DNA of 59,081 nucleotides, from IMG/VR virus record IMGVR_UViG_3300033143_004027, positions 1 to 59,081 of that record. One strand, given 5' to 3'. The position numbers and the translations under genes are program-made. The stretch comes from a virus. Lineage: Duplodnaviria; Caudoviricetes. The notes below the pieces were generated by a model. That model had not been told where the DNA came from, did not search any database, and saw only the letters and a program-made list of their open reading frames with translations. Below, in pieces: positions 47,726 through 56,196 of the stretch (positions are counted from its first letter, which is position 1; each line of letters opens with the position of its first letter).

Positions 47726-50074
47726 CTAAAGACGGACGGGTTCCACAAGCCGGATACGGGCCTTCTTGCGTACGGGTTCTGTAAGTGCAGCATATGCCCC
47801 GCTGAGTGCGTCAACCTGGTCATCGTGCATCCCGTGTGGAAAATCGTCAACCTCGTCTAAGAATGCTTGATTCCACTCGCCGCGCAAGAGTTTGAGGTTG
47901 CCTGCCTCGGCGGCGATGGCGGCACCCTCTGCCCGCATAACCTTATCACCAGTCACGCGGTCACCCTTGAAGTTGTAACCTATCAGTAAGCGGCTATAGG
48001 CATCAATCGTATCTACCCCGCTGCTGCCTGGTTCCTGTTCCATACGCTGGCGAACATCCTTACCGTCGGCTCGCACTTGTGCTAAGATGTTCTCGGCATT
48101 TACACCAGGCGTCCCCCGAAACCGCCGAACGTGCTTCACGAAGAACATTCTACCCTGCTGCCCAAGCAACAATCCGACCGTCCAGTCACCCTTCTCTGTC
48201 GCCCCTCTATCCCAGTAACGAACATACCTTATGCCTTCGGTTGGCACCTTGTCAACAATCTCAAACCATTCGCGCCGGAAGAGTCCCCCCTCGCGGACGG
48301 TGGGGTTCTGCTGGTAGAGTGCCGCCCACCAGTAGCCGCCTATGGTATCCTTGATTTCCAATAGTCTCTCAAGCGGAAACCGCTCTGGCCAGAGGGCCTC
48401 ACCCACTGCGCGGCCCAACTCGTCTTCTTCTTCGGCTATGGCGGGAAAGTTAATAACCTCAAAGTGCTCATCTGTCTGGTCAATAATGCGCCCAGGCAGG
48501 TCGTCTTTATTCCAGCGCGTTGTGATTATGACGACAGCACCGCCTGGCTCTAACCGGCTATATGCTGTCGAACGATACCAGTCCCATTGCTTCTCACGAA
48601 TGGTAAGTGAGTTGGCTTCCTCGGCGTTCTTGGTGGGGTCGTCAATAAGTAGCACATTCGCGCCACGCCCCGTAACCGCACCACCAACGCCCGCCGTATA
48701 CATACCCCCATCATACCCGTCAAGCTGCCACTCACCCCGCGCAGATACATCGCCGCGAACCGTGACATCGGACAAGCCCCGCTCATAAGCATCCCGCAAT
48801 GAGTCACGAACCCTCATCCCCCAACTTGCAGCAAAGTTGGCCTCGTAGCTGGCCAATATTATGCGCTTCTCTGGAAAGGTGCTCAGATACCAAACGGGAA
48901 ACCAATGGCTGCACATCTCGCTGTTGCAGGTTGGCGCCATACCCTTGCCCGCAAGAAACTGGTGAGACGATGCGGCCACTTCAATACATACCGTATCCGC
49001 GCGTCCCGCCTCTTCAATTGTCAAATAATGATTTGGGCTTCTGCGGGGCTCAATACAGCGGGCTGCCTTGCGCGGCAAGCTGGCGGCATTGGGCATATAA
49101 AACAAGACCCGATATTTAGGCCCGCAGTCAGTACCATAAAGTGTTGCGCGCCCCTTTATCAAAGAAGCCTTATAGCCAAGACTGACAACAAGTTCGCGCA
49201 CACCATTGGCCAAGGCTATTTCTGTACTACAAAACTCTATCTGCCCGCCCGGGGATACATATCCATCAGTATCAATAAGACCCTGCAACAACGATAATCG
49301 CTGGCCTGGGCTTGCCCGCAGGTAACAGGCTGGTACATGCTTATTACCCAGCAGGTTGGCACGACGCAATAAAACCTGCAACCCCAAAACGCCAAAGGTA
49401 TCGGCAGTCGCCCTGTCGCTGGTCTTAAATGCTTCTGCAATACGTTGCCGAATATGCGCGCCGTCTTCGCCGATAGCAGTGATGCTGGCCTGTGTGGAAC
49501 TTCCATCCCCCAGCCAAACCCCAAGTGTATACGGGTCAATGGGAAGTTCGCGGACTGGCAGGTCTAATCCGTCGTGCTTGTCTACCATAACCCTGCGAGG
49601 TGATGTGCGCCCCGCAAGCTTTTCGGTAGTCCAGCGCGTCCGGCGGTTGGGATACTTTCTGTCGGCGCGTACCATCCAATCGTGTTCTGCGTCGGCTATC
49701 AATTCCTCACCACTATCAAGCTTGACACGGAACACAGGACGGTCTTTCCAAACAGGAGATTTGCCTGTTACAACAGTCGGCTTACCCCGCTCGTCAAATA
49801 CAAAGTCACCGACCTCAATATCCCCAATGCAAGACCAGCCATCGGGCGTCGGTATCGGCGTATCAAGAGCCAGGGCCTTTCCGTGCCTTGGTGGCATTGT
49901 CACAAGCAGCCGAGGGCACTTACCGTATGCTACATCTATCAGCTTTTGATTTAACAGCTTGAGGTGTGGCGGGCGTTGCCAGCGGCCATTAGTCAGCGTG
50001 ATTGCCAGCATCGCCGGCGTGGCTCTCGACAAGTCTGTCCTCAAGTTGTTCAACAAGTTCTCTGGTAGGCTCAT
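47726..50074 (-). CDS. terL: Terminase large subunit containing an intein
   Basis: PPRHGK|S Walker A, VTGRGANVLLIDDP.K Walker B, YQQ.P, HDDQVDALSGA. Confidence 0.95.
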   Translation of the reverse strand: MSLPENLLNNLRTDLSRATPAMLAITLTNGRWQRPPHLKLLNQKLIDVAYGKCPRLLVTMPPRHGKALALDTPIPTPDGWSCIGDIEVGDFVFDERGKPTVVTGKSPVWKDRPVFRVKLDSGEELIADAEHDWMVRADRKYPNRRTRWTTEKLAGRTSPRRVMVDKHDGLDLPVRELPIDPYTLGVWLGDGSSTQASITAIGEDGAHIRQRIAEAFKTSDRATADTFGVLGLQVLLRRANLLGNKHVPACYLRASPGQRLSLLQGLIDTDGYVSPGGQIEFCSTEIALANGVRELVVSLGYKASLIKGRATLYGTDCGPKYRVLFYMPNAASLPRKAARCIEPRRSPNHYLTIEEAGRADTVCIEVAASSHQFLAGKGMAPTCNSEMCSHWFPVWYLSTFPEKRIILASYEANFAASWGMRVRDSLRDAYERGLSDVTVRGDVSARGEWQLDGYDGGMYTAGVGGAVTGRGANVLLIDDPTKNAEEANSLTIREKQWDWYRSTAYSRLEPGGAVVIITTRWNKDDLPGRIIDQTDEHFEVINFPAIAEEEDELGRAVGEALWPERFPLERLLEIKDTIGGYWWAALYQQNPTVREGGLFRREWFEIVDKVPTEGIRYVRYWDRGATEKGDWTVGLLLGQQGRMFFVKHVRRFRGTPGVNAENILAQVRADGKDVRQRMEQEPGSSGVDTIDAYSRLLIGYNFKGDRVTGDKVMRAEGAAIAAEAGNLKLLRGEWNQAFLDEVDDFPHGMHDDQVDALSGAYAALTEPVRKKARIRLVEPVRL
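48923..49876 (-). mobile_element. Class-3-type intein with LAGLIDADG endonuclease (318 aa) in the TerL P-loop
   Basis: Starts ALALDTPIPTPDGW; ADAEHDW; LGVWLGDG; LLQGLIDTDG; TVCIEV; ends PTCN|S. Confidence 0.9.
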
Positions 50075-50420
50075 CGGTGAGGTCTATTCCGCCGCTGTGC
50101 TTGACGTTGACTGTCTGCTCAACCACCTTGTCCACGCGGTTCAATATCTCTTTGCAGGCAGCTATGCGGGCAGATTCAGTATTAGCACCCCTGAGACTCG
50201 CTGCATCCAAAAGTCCCTGCCAGGCGGCGGGGAATGCTTCAGCCTTAATCTCCTCAACCACGTCAAGTGCCACCTTGCGCCAGCGTTCGGTCTTGCGGGC
50301 GCGGAACAAAGTCATGCGGTTGGTCTTTAATTCGGCGGCTATAGAATCCCAGTACTTGTTGTCTATAATGCGCAGGCGAACCGCCGCGGCAATTTGTTCA
50401 TCGGTTAATCTGGTATCCAT
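49989..50420 (-). CDS. terS: Terminase small subunit
   Basis: N-terminal HTH, ARIAA.KEIL.R; immediately upstream of TerL. Confidence 0.7.
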   Translation of the reverse strand: MDTRLTDEQIAAAVRLRIIDNKYWDSIAAELKTNRMTLFRARKTERWRKVALDVVEEIKAEAFPAAWQGLLDAASLRGANTESARIAACKEILNRVDKVVEQTVNVKHSGGIDLTDEPTRELVEQLEDRLVESHAGDAGNHAD

Positions 50421-50667
50421 AATGTAACACTGTGCAACACAGCCCCACCAAGCCCCCCTGCGCGAAAGGAAGGGCCTTCTGGGGCGATTGTAGGCGGGTT
50501 GTATCTTGCCCTTGGGGAGTTAATGACAAGATACTCACCCCCAGCTAGTCAGCCATACCCCAAGAAGCTCCTGCTGGTAGGCTTTACCCAAAGGTAAGGT
50601 AGGGGCAGCACCATCACGCACTGCCCCCTGCAGACGATAGAACCTGCTGTGCCGACACAATAGCCAA

Positions 50668-50748
50668 TGGTGGAGGCGGAGGGTATCGAACCCTCATCCA
50701 GAGGAGGGCACTTCGGCCCCCGCCACTGTCGAAACCTTTCTCGCCCCC
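50668..50748 (-). ncRNA. Miniature tmRNA-like RNA (tRNA-like domain only, no tag ORF)
   Basis: GGGGGCG-AGAAAGGTTTCGA-CAGTGGCGGGGGCCGAAGTGCCCTCCTCTG-GAT-GAGGG-TTCGATA-CCCTC-CGCCTCC-A-CCA: G3.U70 acceptor stem, tmRNA-type D-loop, T-arm, encoded CCA. Confidence 0.85.
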
Positions 50749-50749
50749 G

Positions 50750-51208
50750 TCAGAACTCAGTTCTTGCGTGAACCTTCATCTCATCAATTACGCCCTTCTT
50801 AAACCAATCAAACTGGACAAAGCCATCACCAAACTCTTTATGAATGTAGGTATGGAGTACGCTATTGCAGGGGGTCTGGAATGCTTGGGCCTTAGCGCTA
50901 CCTGGTGTAAATAATGAGAAGGCTCGCATCTCGTTGGTCACGTTCTCCCCAGTTAAATACTCGACGCCCCACCAGTCGGCCCGCAGTGAGAGGTTCAAGT
51001 GATTGGAGGCCTCCCCGTTGAGCTTGAATTGCCTTGCACCCAGCATTAGTTTGACACCGCCCAGGTCTTTCGTCAGGCGTTGCGTCATATCTGATAAGTC
51101 GGCAAGCGAGTGTAACCTTACATCTAATTGCCAGCCCTTGGCCTGTGTAGCAGTGCAGACACTTAGCAATAATACTATACAGATTGGCACGACAACCCAG
51201 AACTTCAT
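50750..51208 (-). CDS. Secreted beta-rich protein, OMP-like (terminal Phe)
   Basis: Signal peptide ending TQA; amphipathic strands; C-terminus MKVHARTEF. Confidence 0.5.
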   Translation of the reverse strand: MKFWVVVPICIVLLLSVCTATQAKGWQLDVRLHSLADLSDMTQRLTKDLGGVKLMLGARQFKLNGEASNHLNLSLRADWWGVEYLTGENVTNEMRAFSLFTPGSAKAQAFQTPCNSVLHTYIHKEFGDGFVQFDWFKKGVIDEMKVHARTEF

Positions 51209-51313
51209 TCTAACTCATCTCTTACGGAGCGCGCGCTCCTGGTAGCCTCAACGGTCGAGTTCGGCAGCTATTGTGCATTGCCTACTTAGCCCATAGGGGT
51301 CAGCGCGAAGAGG

Positions 51314-51613
51314 CTAAATTGTTATTACATTGTCGGGCAGGTCACTTGTCAGCCCATAGTTATCGCAGTGGTATAGGAAGTCCTTCTTGATTGCTTTAAC
51401 GGCGGCCCGCACCTGGTTGCGTCCGCAGGCGATTGCATATCGGCGGAGGTCTTGCGGCGGAATGTGCTCGCCCTTCAGTAGGCCTTGCCACGCGCCGACC
51501 CTTGCTTCTTGCAGCATATCGTCATACTCAATGCGCGAGTTGTCGCCGCTGGCTTCGCGGGCAATGTGCTGGAGCGTAGTGTCTATGTCGGCTAATAACT
51601 GCTCCTTGTTCAT
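51314..51613 (-). CDS. Stand-alone sigma70 region-2-like protein
   Basis: YDDMLQEARVGAWQGL...LRRYAIACGRNQVRAAVK. Confidence 0.65.
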   Translation of the reverse strand: MNKEQLLADIDTTLQHIAREASGDNSRIEYDDMLQEARVGAWQGLLKGEHIPPQDLRRYAIACGRNQVRAAVKAIKKDFLYHCDNYGLTSDLPDNVITI

Positions 51614-51651
51614 AGTCTTCCAACACCTTCCAAGTGTTGTGCGGGGTGATA

Positions 51652-52035
51652 TTATAACTTGCAGCCCAGAAACTTCTTTAGCTTGTCCGTCTTGCGCTCT
51701 ATCGTCTGATTGATATTCGGTTGGCTACAGCCCAGTTTGCCTGCTATCTCCTCCTGCGTCTTCCCCTCCAGGTAGTACATATCAAGCAGCCGCCGGCCCT
51801 TTCTTGACAATGATGCCCAAGCCCGCTGAAAGTCGGCCCGTGTGGTCATAATGTTTATGTCGGCAGGATAGTTGCGTGCTATACTGGTAGCGCCAAGGTG
51901 CGGCGGCCATTCGGTACTTGACCTTCCCCACAATGCCAGCTCGTTAAGTAGCCAGCGGTTTCGCAGGCAAAGCTCAACTAATTCTGGCGTCCACTCATCA
52001 TCGCTGAAACTGGGCCGCTGCCATTCTTCTCTCAC
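51652..52035 (-). CDS. Sigma70 region-4-like HTH protein
   Basis: LSRKGRRLLDMYYLEGKTQEEIAGKLGCSQPNI; AGGAGG RBS before GTG. Confidence 0.75.
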   Translation of the reverse strand: MREEWQRPSFSDDEWTPELVELCLRNRWLLNELALWGRSSTEWPPHLGATSIARNYPADINIMTTRADFQRAWASLSRKGRRLLDMYYLEGKTQEEIAGKLGCSQPNINQTIERKTDKLKKFLGCKL

Positions 52036-52060
52036 TGTTGCACCTCCTAAGGCGCTTACA

Positions 52061-52106
52061 CAAAACAAAAGCCGGCCACAAGGCGCTCCTGCGCCTGCAA
52101 CCGGCT
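52061..52106 (-). terminator. Probable intrinsic terminator after the methyltransferases
   Basis: AGCCGG...CCGGCT stem followed by TTTGTTTTG. Confidence 0.55.
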
Positions 52107-52138
52107 ACCTCTCTGGGCTTGCCGTGCTTATTCGGTTG

Positions 52139-53551
52139 TTAGTCTATCAGCTTGTGCTGCTTCTGGCGCGTGGCCTTCTCTAATCGCTTACACTGCATCT
52201 CGCAGTATTCTGCTGAAAGCTCAATTCCAATATAATTGCGGTCTTCTTCGATGCAGACGATGCCAGTAGTGCCCGCTCCAGCGAAGGGGTCAAGGACAGT
52301 GCCAGTCTCTGTTTCTGCCTCCTCACAAGTGCAAGCCGGTTGCCAGCCAATGGTGTGATAAGCCCACTCAAACTGTTCTCCTGTCCGCGAAAAGCCCCCG
52401 CCAACATTATAATACTTGTCCCTGTTCTCAACAGCATCGTGGACTTTCCCCTTAGCCATCTTGTGAGAACGGACATTCGTCTTCTCTTTCTCCACAATCC
52501 GCGCCCACGGCTTCCCGCACTCCACGCAGACCTTCGGCGGGCAGCCAGCGCGGATGGGCTTCCTAATCAAGTCTGGTGGGTACACTGCGAAGTGCGCTTC
52601 GGGGAACGGTGCAGTCGGTATAATCCAGCAGTCGCCAGGGTTCTTGCCGAGGGGATGGAAGGCGTCACCCTCTCCTGGTTCTGGAGCCTGTCGCGCTCCC
52701 GATAGCCGTGGATTATCGCTTGTCTTTCGTCGAGCAGGCCCTCCAACAGGATGCCGTGACATCCGTTTGTCTTGTCTGTCTTTGCTCTTATTGCCAGGCG
52801 GTCTATCTAAAGCAGTATGCGCCTCCCTCACCGCGTCCAGATCAAACCAGTATCGCGCCGATTTGGTGAAGAAGAATATGTGCTCCCACGAACACGAGAA
52901 GCGGTCTTTGACTGAGGACGGCATCGCATTAGGCTTGTGCCAGCAGATGTCGTTGCGGAGCCACCAGCCCCGCTCCTGCATCCCGATGGCGAACCGTGCA
53001 GGCATCATCATCAGGTTCTTCGGCTTGAGCCACTGACCGCCTTCGGGGGCGTTCCAGGCTGGTCGCTTCACTCCTTTAGCGTCTTTGGGCTGATTTACGG
53101 GGGCTCCACCAAAGTAAGTATCCCCCATATTAACCCAACACGTCCCCGTCGGCTTCAACACGCACTTAACCTCGTCAAAGATTTTCCACAGATGCTCAAG
53201 GTAAAGGGAGGGGTGCGGCTCCAAGCCGAGCTGACCATACCAGGCCCCGCACTTCTGGCAAGTGGCGTGCTTATACTCCTTCGGCTCTGTATGGCTCTGT
53301 TCAATAACAGAGTGAGGCCCTTGCTTGACAGCAGCATCTGACTGCTTGACCTCGGTAGTTACCCAATCGTGGTCGCAGTCATCATCCCCGCCGAAGATAG
53401 TAGCAGTCCCTTCGCCATAATCTCGCAAGCCCCAGTACGGCGGCGAAGTCATCACACAGTCAATGCTGTCAGCAGACATATCGGCCAGCACCGACAGCGC
53501 GTCACCCTGCCGAACCTCCCAGCTAAACCTGTCGGATATGAACTTGTTCAC
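52139..53551 (-). CDS. Amino (N4-C/N6-A) DNA methyltransferase, beta class
   Basis: TSPPYW, WHKPNAMPSSVKDR, HFAVYP, VLDPFAGAGTT. Confidence 0.92.
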   Translation of the reverse strand: MNKFISDRFSWEVRQGDALSVLADMSADSIDCVMTSPPYWGLRDYGEGTATIFGGDDDCDHDWVTTEVKQSDAAVKQGPHSVIEQSHTEPKEYKHATCQKCGAWYGQLGLEPHPSLYLEHLWKIFDEVKCVLKPTGTCWVNMGDTYFGGAPVNQPKDAKGVKRPAWNAPEGGQWLKPKNLMMMPARFAIGMQERGWWLRNDICWHKPNAMPSSVKDRFSCSWEHIFFFTKSARYWFDLDAVREAHTALDRPPGNKSKDRQDKRMSRHPVGGPARRKTSDNPRLSGARQAPEPGEGDAFHPLGKNPGDCWIIPTAPFPEAHFAVYPPDLIRKPIRAGCPPKVCVECGKPWARIVEKEKTNVRSHKMAKGKVHDAVENRDKYYNVGGGFSRTGEQFEWAYHTIGWQPACTCEEAETETGTVLDPFAGAGTTGIVCIEEDRNYIGIELSAEYCEMQCKRLEKATRQKQHKLID

Positions 53552-53742
53552 TCTATCAGCTTCTTCTCTTGTCGTTTTCTGCTCGGATACTTAAAGCCGC
53601 CAATCTCGGTGATTATACCATCCCGCTGCTTAATGGTCAAGTCCCCGTAGCCGTGCTCGCACCAACGGGCGATATGCTTTATCTTGTCGCCGGACTGTCG
53701 GCTGAGCCAGTCTGTGACTCGCTGAAGGTTGTCGGCCATCAC
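53548..53742 (-). CDS. Small hypothetical protein
   Basis: Coupled between the two MTases. Confidence 0.5.
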   Translation of the reverse strand: MMADNLQRVTDWLSRQSGDKIKHIARWCEHGYGDLTIKQRDGIITEIGGFKYPSRKRQEKKLIE

Positions 53743-55703
53743 AACTCCAATCTCTGCTGTTCGTCTTTAGCTAACATCTGTTCGCTTTTCGCGAACGCCG
53801 TTCTCGCCTCGGCAATCTCTACATAATGAGCATCCTGGTCTATGCCGATATATTGCCAGCCACCGTGAATAGCTGCCACCAGGCTGCTACCGCTGCCGAC
53901 GAATGGGTCGAGCATCAGTCCACCAGGAGGGCAGCCCAGCGCCAACAGCCAACCAAAGAGGGCAACGGGCTTACAGGTAGGATGAGTGTTCTGCTGTGCT
54001 TCTACGGGCCCCATCGGTTTTCCTGAGCCCCCAGTCCAATCTGATTGTGCCAGGACAAGTGGCCGACCACCTTGAGCGGGGAATTCTTGCAGCCCCGCGT
54101 TCTTCTCTTTTTTGCTTGGCTTCGTCACGCATATCAGCCCTGCCTTAGCCTGCGCCACCCAATCCTCGTCAAAGCCATTCGCCTCTGCCCAACGGTCAAG
54201 GTCGTAATAGCGATTGTCCGCGCCCATAGCACCGCCGCCGCTGATTAGGTTCGCGGGGAAGCGACCTTCAGGTTTCCAGTTCATATTAGCATCACCAGCC
54301 TTTGCACCGCCAATAGCTATATCGGGTGGTGTTACTTGCCGAGTTACTTGCCCAAAGTCTATATTCTCTTCCCCAAACGGCATCCGTCCCGCATCTATGT
54401 TATAGCCACCGACGCCCCACTTTTTCACATTCTCGCGAATAGGCTTCTCCGACATCGGCTTACGAGCACAAATCACGAACTCGTATGCTGGCTTTAGAGC
54501 GCAAGATTTATAGCCTGCCCAAGTTTTGGCATCGTCAGTGGAAGGGGCGGTGATAGTATTCTGGCCCGAAACCCCAAAGACTCCCGTCTCGGTTGTATTT
54601 GTGCATTCCCATCTCTTGCCGCGCCGCCCATCAGTCACATCTGGCAATTCATATTCCCCCACCTTCACCCTCACGCCAGGCGGCAGGGAAAGGTCTGGCA
54701 CAGGTAGCCGTCGTTCGGGAGCAACTTGTTCTTCGGTAATCCCCATTTGTGCAATAGTTTCATCGTCTGCGCGCCTTAATAATTTAATATTTGTCTGCTG
54801 AAGCATATAGTGATAAGCATTAGACGAGTGCGGCTTCCACGCCTCCAGCTTCTCCTGCTCAGACAGCGGCTCCCAGAAGCGCGAGACGAGGGCGGAGAGG
54901 AGGTTGGTGCCTTCGGTGGAACCTGTTCTGCTGGCTAACGGCCCCCCCTCCCATCCGAAGTCAGCAGTTCGCCCATCACCATACTGCCCATTCACCGCCG
55001 CGCTCGTGGCCTTGCGAACGTGTGCCAGCGTCAACTCGTCCATATAGCCCTCAACAAAGGCCCAGGTGATGCGCTTGCACTCAGGACAGTCTATCTTAAG
55101 TTTGGCGAACTCCTTGTGCTTGTGCTCCCATGGACACTTAATCTTTGTGTACTTATCGGCAACCCATTCGCGGAAGGCAGCCTTGTCGAAGTCTTTGCCG
55201 ATGTCAAGGGCCTTCGGGAAGCCAGAATTATAGCACCATAGGATGGGTTGCAAACTGACGTCAAATCCTGCCATCTCAAGTGCGGCACACTGACGCCAGA
55301 GACAATCTGAACGCGCAGGTGCCATCACAAAGGCAAGCCCGCCAGGTTTCAGAATGCGAAGGCACTCTCGCCAAATAGGAACGAAGAAATCTACAATACC
55401 TCCCGCTGACTGCCGAGGCAACTTCTTGAAACCCTTTTCCTTCTCGTATGCCCCCTGTGGACTGACTATCTCATTCAGCTTCTCAAAGGCGCCATCTCCC
55501 TGAGTTTCCACCTTCATCCCAGGGGACATCCAACCCACTGTCTGTGATTGGGTGGGAGGCTTAGCATTGAATGAGTCCCAGTCTTTTGACATGAAGCCTA
55601 TGCCATAAGGCGGGTCGGTAGCAATACAGTCAATACTCTCGTCGGCTATCAACTTGAGCTTCTCTGCACTATCGCCACAGATTATCTGGTTGGGTTCGGT
55701 CAT
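53739..55703 (-). CDS. Amino DNA methyltransferase (DPPY) with large insertions
   Basis: TDPPYG, SGFPK, LKPAYE, GRFPAN, HPTCKP, LDPFVGSGS. Confidence 0.92.
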   Translation of the reverse strand: MTEPNQIICGDSAEKLKLIADESIDCIATDPPYGIGFMSKDWDSFNAKPPTQSQTVGWMSPGMKVETQGDGAFEKLNEIVSPQGAYEKEKGFKKLPRQSAGGIVDFFVPIWRECLRILKPGGLAFVMAPARSDCLWRQCAALEMAGFDVSLQPILWCYNSGFPKALDIGKDFDKAAFREWVADKYTKIKCPWEHKHKEFAKLKIDCPECKRITWAFVEGYMDELTLAHVRKATSAAVNGQYGDGRTADFGWEGGPLASRTGSTEGTNLLSALVSRFWEPLSEQEKLEAWKPHSSNAYHYMLQQTNIKLLRRADDETIAQMGITEEQVAPERRLPVPDLSLPPGVRVKVGEYELPDVTDGRRGKRWECTNTTETGVFGVSGQNTITAPSTDDAKTWAGYKSCALKPAYEFVICARKPMSEKPIRENVKKWGVGGYNIDAGRMPFGEENIDFGQVTRQVTPPDIAIGGAKAGDANMNWKPEGRFPANLISGGGAMGADNRYYDLDRWAEANGFDEDWVAQAKAGLICVTKPSKKEKNAGLQEFPAQGGRPLVLAQSDWTGGSGKPMGPVEAQQNTHPTCKPVALFGWLLALGCPPGGLMLDPFVGSGSSLVAAIHGGWQYIGIDQDAHYVEIAEARTAFAKSEQMLAKDEQQRLEL

Positions 55704-55818
55704 TTGCGCCGGCTCCTATCAAAAAAGATGCGATAAATAAAGCTGGCAAATAGTATCAATGCCAAGCCCACAACAACACCAGCGATATGCCAAAGGGCAA
55801 ACTGTAATACCGGCGGCA

Positions 55819-56076
55819 TCACCCATACCTCCTTTTCAGTATCAGCACCGCGCTCGTCACTACGATGGCTATTGAGTTACTTACAATAAACACCCATTCG
55901 CCGATAGCAATGGCACGGATTAGGTAGCAGATAACCGCCAGCAGAAGCAGCCGGTAAGTCCAGACAGCTACATCGCCACTGCTCTTCGTGCGCCAGATAC
56001 GATAGGCCTGAGGCACATTTACCCAGACGCCGATAGAGACACCGAGCCAACCCACCCACTCAGTCCATTGCATCAT
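55819..56076 (-). CDS. SemiSWEET / PQ-loop membrane transporter
   Basis: Three TM segments; VPQAYRIWRTKSSGDV...FIVSN. Confidence 0.8.
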   Translation of the reverse strand: MMQWTEWVGWLGVSIGVWVNVPQAYRIWRTKSSGDVAVWTYRLLLLAVICYLIRAIAIGEWVFIVSNSIAIVVTSAVLILKRRYG

Positions 56077-56196
56077 TAGACTCCTTCTCGGTAAAGTGCT
56101 TACCACAATTTCCACATTGCTTTACCTTGCGCTTATCGAAACACCAAGTTCCGCAGCGAGGGCAACGATAGGCTTTGGTCTTACTGCGCTTTTGGT

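Noticed and set aside
50421-50667. Coding piece of a two-piece (permuted) tmRNA
   Set aside because: The tRNA-like domain is in standard order and self-contained; no resume codon or Ala-Ala-stop tag frame was found.
50668-50748. Ordinary tRNA-Ala or an attP fragment of ssrA
   Set aside because: It has no D-stem and no canonical anticodon arm. Both tmRNA ends are present and joined by a hairpin, whereas attP sites carry only one end, and no integrase is seen.
54500-55200. Intein in the large methyltransferase
   Set aside because: The insertion lacks intein block A, block G (HN/S,C,T) and endonuclease motifs.
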